64,000 bases of DNA from Hydrolagus affinis (Eukaryota), in contig JAAILG010000390.1 of the NCBI GenBank assembly GCA_012026655.1, positions 1 to 64,000 on the forward strand, in the 5' to 3' direction. Within the stretch, counting starts at the first letter, position 1. Every line of letters starts with the position of its first letter. The translations under genes were made by a program, and so were the position numbers. The notes beneath the pieces were generated by a model that had not been told where the DNA came from, searched no databases, and worked only from the letters and a program-made list of their open reading frames with translations. This document shows positions 12,080 to 25,464 of this stretch, piece by piece.

Positions 12080-12168
12080 TCTATGAGCTCAAAGTCCAAA
12101 GGTGAGGCTTGAGCCCGCACCCTTCCGACTTATTGGCAAGAATGCTTTCAACTCAGCCAAGCTGACAC
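12080..12168 (-). mobile_element. Old DeuSINE tRNA-like head
   Basis: Reverse complement 'gtgtcagcttggctgagttgaaagcattcttgcc...tcggaagggtgcgggctcaagcctcacc'. Confidence 0.55.
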
Positions 12169-12992
12169 GAAATTCGGTTGATATTAAGAAATCATTGGCT
12201 AGATGTTTGTATCCTTTTGTTGATATAAACCTTTAAAAATTTGTTGTCTGGAGTATTCTTTTTATTGTAATTGTGCATTTGTCATTAGGTCTCTTGAAGT
12301 ATAAACATGATTTGATAATTTGTTAAAACATCTTTCTGTTTAGCGCACTCTCGGTGAGGCTGCAGTTACGTGTAAGTGCAATGTGTACCTTTTATGTCTG
12401 ATTTACAAAATATTCATGGCATGCCATATTTTACAGCATGAGTGGTCACTGTCATTAAACAACAGTCTACTAACAGATCATTGGTGAAAACAAAGAAAAT
12501 AGGTTAATATCCGCTCCAAGTATCTGAAGCCCTGGAATATGGATTTTGTTTGATATAATGTAGGAAATGTACTGATATCATAAGTCAGAATGCCCTTTGG
12601 GGGTCCTTGAAGTACAGATAAGATCTTAAAGACTGTTTGAATCGTTTCGTCCGAAAGACGGCGCGTCCAACAAAACTATCCCAATGTGAAAGTCACGATA
12701 CAAATATAACTTGTTGATGTTCTTGTTGAATAAATCCAGCTTATAATATCGGAATAACATTGATTATTTCCAGTGGAACATCATATGATTGCTATTTGAC
12801 ATTAAATAGTTTAAGGTGGCTGAACATTAAGCAGGAGAGACGATTATTAGTTGAAATTAGTTGACAAACAACAACTTGCATTTATATGATGCCCTTCGCA
12901 TAACATCTCACGATCACTTCATATGATAGGTTTGGGAGGAGACATCAGAAATTTCACTATGAAATATCAACTTTGTTTATACATTTCCCAGT

Positions 12993-13305
12993 TATAATAA
13001 AAATAATAAGAAGAATATTTGCATTTAATGTAGCGACTTATCACCTTGTCTTTGAGATGTCTCAAAGCACTTCACAGAATATACTGTAAAGTGAATTCAT
13101 AAAATCATAGAGTTTTACAGCACAAAAGGAGACCATTCGGCCCATCGAGTCTGTGCTGGCTCTTTGAAAAAAGCTATTCAAAGTCAATCCCACTACCCAG
13201 CTCTCTCCCCCAAATCCTGCAAACCCATCCTCCCCAAATAACAATCCACCTCTCTTTTAAAAGTTGTTAGCGAATCGGCACGTGTAATTGTCTATATTTT
13301 GTGGG
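12993..13305 (-). mobile_element. SINE 3' fragment interrupted by a CR1 3' end (13098-13280, -)
   Basis: SINE sequence 'actgtaaagtgaatt' resumes as 'gtgtaattgtctatattttgtggg' after the insert 'cataaaatcatagagttttacagcacaaaaggagaccattcggcccatcgagtctgtgctggctc...', a CR1 3' terminus. Confidence 0.8.
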
Positions 13306-13669
13306 AAAAGATCGTATTCTTCCCAGATGAACCCCTAGTGATTCTTGTTCATTTTGCAGCCACTGGTAATTAGAAATGCATGCTGTTTTTTTACATTAGA
13401 CACTCATTGGTGATTTTCTATTCATTTCAGACTGTTAATATCATACAAGTGAAAATTTATAAATAATTGGACTCTTTCTCATGATAATAATGGGACCAAT
13501 TTTTAAACTGCCATTAGTGGTAGGATAATGTAACACTGGATGAACAAACTATAGCTTTTTCTCTTAATTTATATTGTGAAATATCATCTCAATGTTTCTG
13601 CAATCTAACTTAGGGTATAGCTGTTACCGTTTCAATGCCCAAACTCACCCGTTACCCAGTTTCCATATC

Positions 13670-13881
13670 TTACTCTACAAGCCTAATAATAATCCTTAAA
13701 AAAAATCAGACATTTTCAATCCATGACTGTTTGTGGGATATTGCTGTGCGCAATTGGCTGTCACGTTCCAACCAAGTACAGTATAAACAGTCAATTCACT
13801 TTACAGTATATTCTGTGAAGCACTTTGAGATGTCTAGAAGACGTGAAAAGCACTATATCAAATGCAAGGACTATTGTTATT
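13670..13881 (+). mobile_element. tRNA SINE lacking head
   Basis: 'cctaataataatcc...caatccatgactgtttgtgggatattgctgtgcgcaattggctg...aaagcactatatcaaatgcaagg'. Confidence 0.85.
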
Positions 13882-15049
13882 AAAATAATCCTTCCCCAGG
13901 AGATGCCAACATAAGATTTTCCAAAGCAAACAACAGTAATATCTATGCTGTGATATTTTGTGGGCAGTTAGTAAACTATAGTTTTTCTATTAAGGTACCA
14001 GGTGTAGTAATGGAAAACAGAGTGTTTATTTCCACATTGTGCTTGTTAGATACATGGTTTAAGCTCAAGGTAACAAGAAACCACAAATTTCAAAATGTTA
14101 ACAATTTAAAAAGTTCAGATTTACTCTGTGAAAACAGGGAAATTATAGACCTCCTGAACAAACTACTGACAGATGAAATGGTCCAATTAAGAAACGGTGA
14201 CAGAACAAAGATGAAAAAGCATCTGAGCCGAGATTGGTTAATGTAAGAAGCCAATGACTTGTGTTGGTTTTAGATCTAAGCTAATTTACCTTGAGCAACA
14301 TCCCTCGAATCACCATGGCAATAGGAAAGCTGAAAGGTTAGTTATCACTGGTAGCTGTACTGGACAGCGTGATAATGGCATCTGATATTTTTCTTTTAGA
14401 AGCCAGGCCTTTCTCTATCCAAGTGTTTGTTTCTTATACCCTGGGTAAAGACTCTGGTGAAAAAGTGTTTAATAAGAACAATGTTCGATGTGCTGGCTCT
14501 TAAAAAAAATTCCAATCACAATGGAGGGTTGAATTATATTGATCAGATTCCTTGATTATCAGACACAGAAGAATTGATTCACTGATAAGTGTCTTTCAAG
14601 AAAGTGAACTAAATTAATAGCATAACTTGCAGAAGCTATTACCCCCCACCATCATCCACCAAACCCCCACATACATACCCCCCTGTAACTATATTCTGGA
14701 GTATTACTACATTACATCCTCGAGTGAGAGTACAACAAATTAATACATCAAAGATTTCAAGCATAAATGGATCAGTAAAGTATCCTGAATGATAGTTAAA
14801 CTGTATAATTAAAGACGATTAGGCAATTTGGATTTGTCACTCAATTAGTTTGTAATTCCTCTCATTAGAGCACTGGTACATCACTCAAATAATGTGAATA
14901 TTATTTGATACCCTCAATTTTATAGTGGTCTTATTTGAAACCAATTTAACCACATCACTCTACATAAAATTAAATAGGATGATGTGACACTGAAAAATGC
15001 CATTCCACGCAACTATTCTGTGCTTGCGTTTATGCTCCACATGAGCCCC

Positions 15050-15250
15050 CACATCACCTATTGCTTCTTCCACTTCCTTCTCCCACACTTCTGCGTCAAG
15101 TTTTTCTTAAATTCATTGATGCTTCATGCTTTAACCACCGTTTCCAGTATCAGATTTCACATTTTCACCACTTTTTGAATGAAGAAGCTCCTCCTGAACT
15201 CATCCTATGAATTATTATCTATCTTTGCACCCTCTTATTTTGGACGTGAC
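15050..15250 (-). mobile_element. CR1 LINE 3' region fragment
   Basis: 'tttaaccaccgtttccagtatcagatttcacattttcaccactttttgaatgaagaagctcctcctgaactc' is the reverse complement of the FR...FFxQxVVxxWN region of CR1 ORF2. Confidence 0.55.
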
Positions 15251-15389
15251 AACATTTTGTAAGATAAAATATTACAGTTTTTCAGAACAAGGATCTTCAA
15301 AAAAGTGAGGTTATAGCAGGTTATAACAATGAGTTAATTTATGTTGGATGCATAATCCATATTTTCATTCGTCAGGGAAGAGAGATATC

Positions 15390-15520
15390 TACAAAGCAGT
15401 AGAATGGGGAGAAGATATGTAAATGTGACTGAAAGAATTGATCTTTAAAAGAGCCAGCACAGATATTATGGGCTTGATGGCCTTCTCTTGTAGTGTAAAT
15501 TGCTATGGTTCCTATGATTT
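15390..15520 (+). mobile_element. CR1 LINE 3' terminus
   Basis: 'aaaagagccagcacagatattatgggcttgatggccttctcttgtagtgtaaattgctatggttcctatgatt'. Confidence 0.65.
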
Positions 15521-16057
15521 TGAAAGGCAGGAGGGACAGGAAGAGCACAAGAGCTATCACAATTTGCATTTACTAAAAGTCTTATCTTTCTAAAACGGCT
15601 AAGCTCCTATATTATATATGCACCTGATTCAGTTTCTCGTCAAAACCACTCAGCTTTCTTTGCACTATTTGTATTAATCACCTCCTAACTCATATTGCTG
15701 CTCCCCCTATCCTTCATTACTCGGTTGCATTGAATCGCTGGCAATAAAGTCCTGACCAGTGGATGCACGCAGATTTACCAGCCGGCTACATTGAAGCCTG
15801 ACAAATATGGTCTTGATCAGTTGATGCACGTGCAGAAGCACTTCAGATGCTAAGTGCAGATGCGGCAACAGGTCAAGATGCATTGAATCATAGGAAACAT
15901 AGTCTTCAACCAACTGTGCACTTATCAGCTGCAATGACCAACTAGGGCATGTGCACTTGGTCGTTGCATTGAATTATGCATGAGCAGTGTGGATTATTGA
16001 TACATCAGATTTTGTATGACTTCCACCATTTGCCTGCTGCTTTGCATAAGTCACATT

Positions 16058-16126
16058 AACAACAACAACAACAACAACTTTGATTTATATAGCGCCCTCC
16101 AAGCTGGATGGCGTCTCAGAGCGCTT
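16058..16126 (-). mobile_element. Very short L2 family B 3' terminus
   Basis: (aac)7-'tttgatttatatagcgccctccaagctggatggcgtctcagagcgctt'. Confidence 0.85.
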
Positions 16127-18584
16127 AAATGTTAGCATTAAATGTTATGGTCCCAACTGATATGACTTGTGAAAGTTTTACCACACAGGAAACTGCTCAT
16201 GAAATAATAATAATCCTTGCATTAGACATAGACCCTTTCATATTGGGAGGACCGTCTCAAAAAGCTTCAAATTATTTACTATAAAGTAGAGTGACTGTAT
16301 TTTGTAGATGAATTGGACCATCATCCAAAACTCAAGCTTACTCCAAAAGGGTATCTCTCTGCATAGACATGCTTAAACATAGTTTTTAAAAATGTGTAAT
16401 TTGTAGATGATCAGAATCTGAAACATTTAAGTGTGCGGAACCAACGAACCATTCCTTAATTCGAAGTAAGGTTCAAATAAAAGAACAGTCAGTTGAAAAA
16501 AGCACATCTGATGCTTCTGTGTACAGAAAACAGATTTTTAAACTTGTTTTCTCCACTTTGTACTGAACATCACTCGATGGTTTATCTGAAGGCTCACAGT
16601 GAAAATCAACTGTTTATACAATCAATCTATTGCAACGTGTTTCTGATGTCTTCTATGAAAACTGCTTCTGTTCTAGCTCTCAAATCATTTCTTATTTAGT
16701 CAGATGTTACCCACCAACCTTCACATCCACTTATGATGCATGGCAGAAAGCATTAAATGAAAAAAATATTTTCCATAAATGGACTGCAATGGAAAAACCT
16801 CACTGACTTATCTGAATTTCCCTTTTCAAACTCAAGTTGATTTTGGGAAGATGGTAAATTTTGACAGCTCACCTTGTTTGTTTTCAGTCTGCTATGAGTG
16901 TTTTTTTTTCACTTTCCGTATCTAAAATGCAACTCAGGAGACACTTAGTTGCATGGCTAAAGGATTAATTGGAAGACGTTTGTTATTCACATCCTCATGT
17001 CCATAATGATGAACTACAGGGCATTTTAATGGCCCATCTGTCAGCCACACATGTGACGAGACTCATCAGCTCTCAGCTGGGAAATGAGTTGTGGCACTTT
17101 GCCTAAGTGAAGCATCGGTACTTACAATGGGGAGGGGATCATCGTTGTCCATCAAGCTCCGTGGCAGGCAAAAGTTACACTGTCTGAAGGCCCTGTCCTC
17201 CTGCCAAAGGAGGATAACAATAGTGCTGACATTTGAAATCTCACCTTTTATTTCAGATGTACACCTCCAAGTGCTTCCCAAGTTAAAGTAATGTGACTGT
17301 GTATTTTGTGGATGAGTGCGGAAATGCAGAATTGAGGACACAAAACGTTTAGGAACCACGTGTTGAAAGAAACTGAACTTTCCCATCACAAGAAAACCAA
17401 ATAATCGTGTTACTCATTGTGATAAACCGCAAATGCAATGTCCCACCATCACAGCCACCCTCATTGTTTGGACTTCACCTTCTCTTCGGATATCCCACCT
17501 CTGTCAGTGGTAAAGACCACTTAAAAGAACGGTCTTCAATATATCAAACAAATCAAGAAAGTTGTGTTTCTATGGCATCTTTCACAAGATGAATGCCTCA
17601 AAGTGTTTCCTTGCAGCAGATATCTAAACATTCAGTGTCATTCCCATTAAAAACACTGCCATTTGGGGTATTAGATGTAGTACACCATCATTAACGGGTA
17701 GACATTAAGGTTTGATTTCATAGGCAATCAGAGATCAACAGCCTGACTGACCTCGGTTATCCTTTCTGGAAGCAATTGAGCTGGAAATTTAAATGTGTAA
17801 TGTTTTTCTTTTAGTTTTAAGATGCACTTATCTTTTAGGGCAAGTCACCAAACGAAGTACAGTACAATGCAAACCTATCATTAAGCGTCTCTTGACATGA
17901 ATACTAGAACACAGTCCCACAAACTGTTATTTCAGATGCTTCAATTATCATATTTGATTTTGAGATGCACCTAATATTGATTTTTATGAGCATTGTACAT
18001 ACTGAGCATGCCAGGAACATCCAAAAAGAATTTGTCAGATGTTCAGTGGCTGAATGTGTTGCTATAGCAATGGCACAAAGTGACAAATTAAACTTTCGGT
18101 ACCATGGAACTCTTTAAAAATCAGTTGATATCTTGACAAAAAAATAGATCAATTGCCTCCAACAGTATCACACTGCTGCTTGCGACACGAATAGCTTTTA
18201 ATCACATCTGTGACTGAACGCAACACAATCTTTTTTCTACAAAGTCCCAAAGACCCCAAACTGTGCATAAATGAGAAAACGGTTTATCAGTTTTGCCTGA
18301 TGTGGGCTTTGATTTTCATGTAATGAGCGAAATCTGAGTTAAATGCACTTGTGATGTGACGTTGGAAAGGAATATCAGGAGAAAATCCTCTGCTTTCATG
18401 TAAATCCCTTCACAAACCAGATATGGTATGAATTGTGCTTACTATCATACACATAAACCCAATTAGTCATGTACACTTCCTTTAAACAGAAACACAGTGA
18501 CCCAGCAGCAAGTCCTTTCTTTTAGTCGTATCTTATTATTCTGACTTAAAGTCCTTTGGAGCTTCTCAGCTTCCACCCTTTAGT

Positions 18585-19358
18585 TCACACGGCTCTCACC
18601 TCCTCCACCTTCCTGGCCTGCCCCTAAAACTCTCTGAACCTGTGCGCAACCTAGGTGTCAGGTTCGACCTCCAACTGTCCTTCCTCCCCAACATCCGGTC
18701 CATTACCAGCACCGCCTTCTAGCACCTCCGATGGATCGCCCGTCTCCAGCAATACCTCACCCCAAAAACCGCTGAAACCTTGTTCCATGCCTTTGTCACC
18801 TCTCGGCTGGACTACTGCAACACCCTCCTCTCCAGTCTCCCCGCCAACACAATCCACAAAATCCAGCTAATCCAAAACTGTGCCGCCCGCATACTCACCC
18901 GCTCTAAGCTTCGCTCCCCCATTACCCAGTCCTTGCCAGACTTCAGTGGCTCCCTATCCCAGAGAGGATCGACTTCAAGATCCTCACCCTTGTTTTCAAA
19001 TCCCTCCACTCCTCTGCACCCCCCTATCTTTCTGATCTGCTCTCCCCACAACCCAGCACCCACTGCCTTCGCTCCTCTGGGTCTGGCCTCCTCCATGTTC
19101 CCCGAATCCTCTGCTCCACCTTCGGTGGCCGTGCCTTCAGCCACTATGCCCCGAGGATCTGGAACTCCCTTCCTCAGTCCCTTCGCCTCGCGCCCTCTCC
19201 TCTCAGTTTCAGGTCACAGCTGAAAACCTTTCTCTTCGACCGCGCTTTTGGTCACCTTTCTGTCCCTGGCTCGGTCCCGGGATCCGCTATTGTAAAGCGC
19301 TCTGAGACACCGTCCGGCGTGGAGGGCACTATATAAACCGAAGTTGTTGTTGTTGTTG
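18585..19358 (+). mobile_element. L2 LINE 5'-truncated copy (family B), ORF2 C-terminal region with frameshifts
   Basis: RNLGVRFD, HAFVTSRLDYCNTLLSSLP..IHKIQLIQNCAARILT, FKILTLVFKSLH, LKTFLFDRAF; 3' end 'gagggcactatataaaccgaag(ttg)n'. Confidence 0.93.
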
Positions 19359-21189
19359 TAGTTCTCACCTTCATATGTATATCGTGTTTCAATTCGAGTT
19401 CATCAAGCGGAGAGATGACTGATGAGTTAAGGAGTAATTTTATAACCTGGACTCTATGAGAGGATTGCTCACATTGGGCCAAAGTGCACCACCAATGTCT
19501 TGTACCTTGCCCCAATAATTGGGTTGAAGGTGCAGTGTTCACCAACTGAGGTTGCGGCACTGATCAACAGAGAGAGGAATGCAGATAAAACTGTGGTATT
19601 TTCCAAGAAATTTGAATCATAAAAGAAACATTTGGGGTGGGGGGGGGTGGGAAAGAGGAAATGGAATCCAGATCCCGGAGGCTGCTTTGCTTTGTGATCT
19701 ATTGTTGACTTTTCCAGTCTTGTCTCAACTGATAAAAGTCTTACAACAGCAGCTTTCCATATGCAATCGTGCATTGGCTTTTGCTTTTTTGCAATTTAAA
19801 GACAAATTCTGGGATTTGTTTGTGCTACTGTTTTTTAAACAGATTTCTTAATATGAAACATGTAATTCCAGTTCCTTTAAAAGGGATGGCATTTCTTCAG
19901 CAGCTCTGATATTTTTGGAAATCATAAATATATATACAGTATATGTATATTATATATATTATTATTAAGAAATCTGTTAAGGAATGGAACAGATTAAATC
20001 TCACTATTTTATGTTCTGATATGTAAGATGGAGATTTCCCTGGTGCATTGAGGGCTATCAGTCAATGGTCGTGGTTAAGCTCTGTGGTAATCAAATGTGT
20101 ATGATACCCACAACTAGTGAGTATCATAGTCTGGTGTCACTATAAAGGCTGATTTCCCCAGTGATGTAGAGAGGGAGTGTCTTGCCTGTGGCCCACCATT
20201 TATCATGGAGCACAGATATGTACGGATTCAAATAAATCTACAACTTTAACTTAAAAGATTTTCGTGCAAGTTTCCATAAAAAGAACCACTGAAAAATGAT
20301 TTCAAAATATGGACGCACAGTCCAGCCTTGATTTTGTTGAACAAAGTTCAGTGTAAATGATCAAGTGAACCTCAGATGATTTTTCTCTCTTAAAAATCCC
20401 TTCGTCTCCACAGGATTTTCATTGCATTATTTACCAGTGACTCGCCTGTATCTGAATCAGGAACTCTCTGCTGGCGGCAGCCCTGACCTTCCCAGTCAAT
20501 TACAAGACAAACTTCTACATTTTCACCATGAAAATCATTGTTATGGGTTTCTTTTCACTTTAGCCATCACTTCAATTCTCCCTTCACCAATCCCTGGGTC
20601 CAGGTTCGCTAGCTTCCTGAGTAAGTTGAGCGTCAAAAATTAATAAGAGCAACCATCCATAAACACCTTACATCCCCTTCTGTATTCACTAATGACCACG
20701 TTATTGGTTTACTATGAAGCAATGTTGCGCTGCATGGCTGCCTTTACATTGGTATCTTGGTTTAGCAAACTTTGTACAACACTGGACAGCTCCCGAGGTG
20801 ACTTGCAACATATCTAATGGGACCAGCATTAAAGGTTGCTAACTGAGAGGAGGAAAACACTTCCTTCTCCCTCATTTATTTTAAAATACCTCAGACTACA
20901 GAATCCCTAGATGAATATCAATACTCTCAATATGCATAATTTTGCCTGCAAATTCAGGCATACCTGATCACAATTCCCTGTAAAACACTTTGAATCATTT
21001 CAACCCTACTGATGCTATTTAATTTAATACAGAAATGGTGGTCCTGGTGACACACTGACCATCAATCTAACTCTGATGACATATAGTGACAACTTTACAT
21101 TGTACAAGGCTCAGCAAAAATAATTCTGCCATCAATTCAATTTTTATAAACTAACTTATGGATGCACTTCTGGCCAGGCTGTGCTATTT

Positions 21190-21214
21190 GTGTGCATGTG
21201 TGTGTGTGTATGTG
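21190..21214. repeat. Imperfect (TG)n microsatellite
   Basis: gtgtgcatgtgtgtgtgtgtatgtg. Confidence 0.7.
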
Positions 21215-22272
21215 TTTTATTGATGCAAATGTTCAGCAACATATTCCGAAATCAGTCTAGCACCACCTTGTGAATAAAGCATTGGCAGATCTTGATGTGT
21301 GGCTCACACATTCATTATATTGTTCCATCTCCAGTGGCAGAACATCAAACTAGCACGATGCCTCCAGCATCAACGAGCAACAATCTCAATGCTATTCACT
21401 TTTAAGCTGCAACCACAATAACCATGTTTAAGTGTAGTTCTTAAATAAATACCCTTCTGCCTGATATGCTGTTATTGCAAAAAGAGAATTGCCCACAGCT
21501 CAAAGAAAAATACTTTGTTCCTCATGTCTGTAAACCTTTCTTTCCCCATAAGGACCTTGTACAGGAAAGCTTCTATTGAATATCTTCACAGCCATTAAGA
21601 GAGAAACTAAAACAAAGATGACATCTGAATGGGCATATTGATTTACTGCACTGAATATAATGCTTTATAGTGATGTTCTGTAGCTGAGTTATTCACCCCG
21701 ACTTCTGAATGTTACGTGGCAAATACAGTTATTCCCATGTCTAATTATTCAGGCCCAAACCCGCAGTCAGAACATACCACTACTGTCCTCTGCTGTATTG
21801 AAAATCTCCTGAAATGAAACAACCCAGAAAACATTTATCTAACAAATCAAAAGGGACTGGATGCAGATAAAATAATTCATGGAGGAATGAAAGGTTGGAC
21901 CCTTCAGGAGAGAAAAATTACATCAATAAAAATGTCATTGCTTTTTATGAAGAAAAGGTACTTGTGTGCTTCTAAATCATGTTAAGATGTTACAGAGCAA
22001 TATGGCTTCTTTGACCAATACTAACCATGACTGCTTTTCTACTCCATAGAAAATTAATTTGTATCACTACCTGAAAAAGTCATAGTTTAAACACTTTTCA
22101 TAATAAAAATTCTAAATGTCATTATAGGATTCCATATTGTAGACAGAGAGCAAAATCCATTTTAATTAATTGAGATCTGAGATTAAATGCCTGTTCTGAC
22201 CTTGAGAGAGGGACTATAAATGATATGAATACTGTACTGTAGAACTAGCACTTAAACATTTCAGTGTCTTCC

Positions 22273-22291
22273 AGAGAGAGAGAGAGAGAGA
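22273..22291. repeat. (AG)n microsatellite
   Basis: agagagagagagagagaga. Confidence 0.85.
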
Positions 22292-22719
22292 ATGACCTTC
22301 CAGCTAATTGAAAGTCTGTATTCCAATAGCTTCTGCAAAAAAAATCAATTCATCCAATTTATGTGGCCTCGAGATTATTGAAGTTCCTTCACAGATAAAG
22401 TCATTCGAAGCCACAACACAACTGAATTGTAGCAATTCGGGCTTAAAGATCTGCTTCTGAGGATCCTAACTTGACAAAGCCAGGCATCCTGAACCCAAAA
22501 TAAATTAAAACTTTATCACAAATCAATGACCAGAGTTTCATAAAGTATGATGTTGGTTCCAGCTCTTGATTCGGTGTCAGCAATAGTTCAACTGCCCATT
22601 CTATGATTCCCCGATTCTGCGATGAAATTACATGGATCAAGGTGGAATATATATACAAGTTGCATAGTGCACATTGTAGAGTAATAATAGCTATACATAT
22701 AGCTATGCCCTAACCCCTA

Positions 22720-22876
22720 GGATGTTCTGCTCTATCCCTACGCCTCTCTATCTGTCATTCTATAATTGTTTAAAACATACCTGTTTGACCGTGCCAATGG
22801 TTATTGCTCCCTTCACCCTTGTACGGTGTTTACCTTCATCACTCTACAGTTCTCCCAGAGTTATTGTTGTTGTTGC
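22720..22876 (+). mobile_element. Old L2 3' fragment
   Basis: 'ctctatccctacgcctctc...tttaaaacatacctgtttgaccgtgcc' (cf. LKTYLFD) and a (ttg)n tail. Confidence 0.55.
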
Positions 22877-25187
22877 ATCACATATAAATTCTGAATTCCA
22901 CTTTAAAAAGAAACAAGTAAAAGATCCAGTTCAGAAACCTCGACACTCAATTCTGAACTCAATACTGTACCTACAAAAATATGTTCATTTTAACTATTCT
23001 GCTGAAATGGAACCTTTTGAAGAAAATTATGTTTTTGTTTAACAACAGCAACAAAATTACATTTGTATAGTGCCTTTCACGTTGGCAGGACGTCCCAAGC
23101 TACCAAAAAACCTTTTTAAAACCATTGTAGACATCTAGTGGTATTGATTACATTGATTTAGGTAGGATTGAGATTTGGAAACAAGTCGCTGTTCGAAAAT
23201 TGAAAGTGCAGAGTGGTATTTGGGTAACTGCACGGGATGAAAGATGGGCAAAAAATAAAAGCAAACAACTGAAGATTGTCCTAGTCTCCTTATGAAGCCA
23301 TTTCTCTGGAATGTACTTAGTGCCATTCTGATTTGAGTTGGTCTCAGGTTTCTCCCTTCAATGTCAGGTGATTACCTTGCAAAGTACAATCAATTGAATT
23401 ACAGTCACCCATCACTTGAAAGAAATCTCATAATGGAATCACGGGAAACAATCCTCTGTGTTGATCTTTCTTTCACCCACTTCCAACAGATTTTCAATTG
23501 ATATGATTCTAACCTGTACCAACAAAAGCTCAGAGCAGACAAGCTGATCTCCACTTCTGCACCATAAATGTCAGTAACTTCTGCATTTCCTCTCGATTAT
23601 TGCTGTTGAAATCAATAGCACTCAGCAAAATGAGCAGTGTCTGTAAAATTCCAACTTCAATGCTTCCAATTTTCAGACATTTAGAGTTAGATTGTGAACC
23701 TTCTGTCATTTCATTCTATTCAATCTGCTATTACACTTTGTAATGGTTTTGGGTTCGTGTTATGCAGTGTTTGGAAAGTTCACTTTGTATCAAGCAATGG
23801 GAAGCAAAAAAAAAGAAATCCATCAAACTTGATACATTCCACTCAACTCATTGAAATAGGAATGAATTCCAAAGAGCAAACAATCAACCTGCTTAAACTG
23901 AACAAGGTGATCATTTTTATAAACTAAATAGTGAATACAGTTGCTATCGCAATCCTTTAGAGATCTTTCATATTTAGTATAAAACTTGGAAAGCTAGCAA
24001 AGGCCATTTTTCGATGGTGAGAACAGACTTCGGTTAAGGAGAAATCATCATTGCAATTAATGAAGTAATGAAGTGAATATGTCATTCATGCTATTGTCAT
24101 AGCACTTACATTGCATTGAACATTAAGAGGTTCAGGCATTTGAGAGCTGAAGTGGATGAGACATTGTTTGTATTGCTTTGCTTAAAGAGATGGAAAAACT
24201 ACAATATCTACTGTATAAAGTAGCACTGTTTCCTCCAGACCCTGTCACCAGCATATACACAGTAGAACACTGATACCTGGGTGTGATTGTCATTAGAGCT
24301 TCCACATAAAAATGTCACCAGTTATGGTTTGACATTATTTCTCTGGCTTTGGGTGCACATTGTTGGTTTTTGTTAAGTTCGTGATTGCTGAGTCCACAGC
24401 ACTTTAAGTGAACCTGTGTTGGGTGGGGGGTGGAAGGGTGGAGGGGGTTTCCTAGAGCTCAAGCAATAGAATATTGCAATGCTGATCTGTATGGAGTTTC
24501 CTGCAAGAATCATCAATAGTTGCGGGCAAAACACTGGCATTAGGAGTGTGTTGTTTTGCTGTTGTTCTGTTGTTGCTGCTGACGCTTTGATTCCATCCCC
24601 ACAAAGTATATCGGGTGAAATCCAAATTCAAGAAAATAAACGCCCAATATGCTTCATAAATAGATGCAAAACGTATCCTCCTGACAATTAATGTCTGAAA
24701 GAGAATATTTTATGTTGAAATGGATTTAAAGTGGTCACTTTTTATTTGATGCATGAGTGAGACACACTCAATTGTCAATTTGAACGTCATTGCTCTGCAC
24801 GTCAGTGGGCCAGTGGAAACATCTGTTTTATTAATATAGATCAAATCTAGGATTGTTCTGTGGACTTTTGTCAATGGAACGAAGGGCACATGCTGTAATT
24901 TCACTTCGGAGGAAACAACAAAGAGATGCTGCAAACAATCGTGTTTGAATATTCTTTTTTGGCCACGGCTTGTTAATATTCAATTTGTGATTTGTTCTGC
25001 AGACTGGTGCTACTTCATGGGGTGATATGCTAAAGGCCATTAAACTGATAGATGGTTAAAGGAACCATTGCTGTTTTCCTGGTTGGAAAAAAAAGCAACA
25101 AATAGCCACTAACAAGGCACTTTGAGGGGAGTCAGCTTATGTTTTTATATATTCAAGCGTGAAATTACATATAGTTTACCAACACAC

Positions 25188-25285
25188 TAGAAGACATGAA
25201 AAGCGCAATATCAGATGCACGGATTATTCTTGAAGATGTGAAAAGCGCTATATTGAATGCAAGGATGATGATTATCATTATTATA
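25188..25285 (+). repeat. Two tandem copies of the SINE terminal ~45 bp
   Basis: 'gaagacatgaaaagcgcaatatcagatgcacggattatt' followed by 'gaagatgtgaaaagcgctatattgaatgcaaggatgatgatt'. Confidence 0.75.
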
Positions 25286-25464
25286 TTGTTGCATGAGTGA
25301 ATATTGGAGCTCTCACCCAGTTAGGGCTTTTAGCTCACTGAGCTTTTGGTACTTTTCCTTACCTCCAAGTCTTATTGACAAACAAGATAGGGTGAAGAAC
25401 CATCAAGAATATTTTGGGTTACAGTGGAGTTGCTTTATTGTGGCAGGAGCTAGTTAAATCCAGA

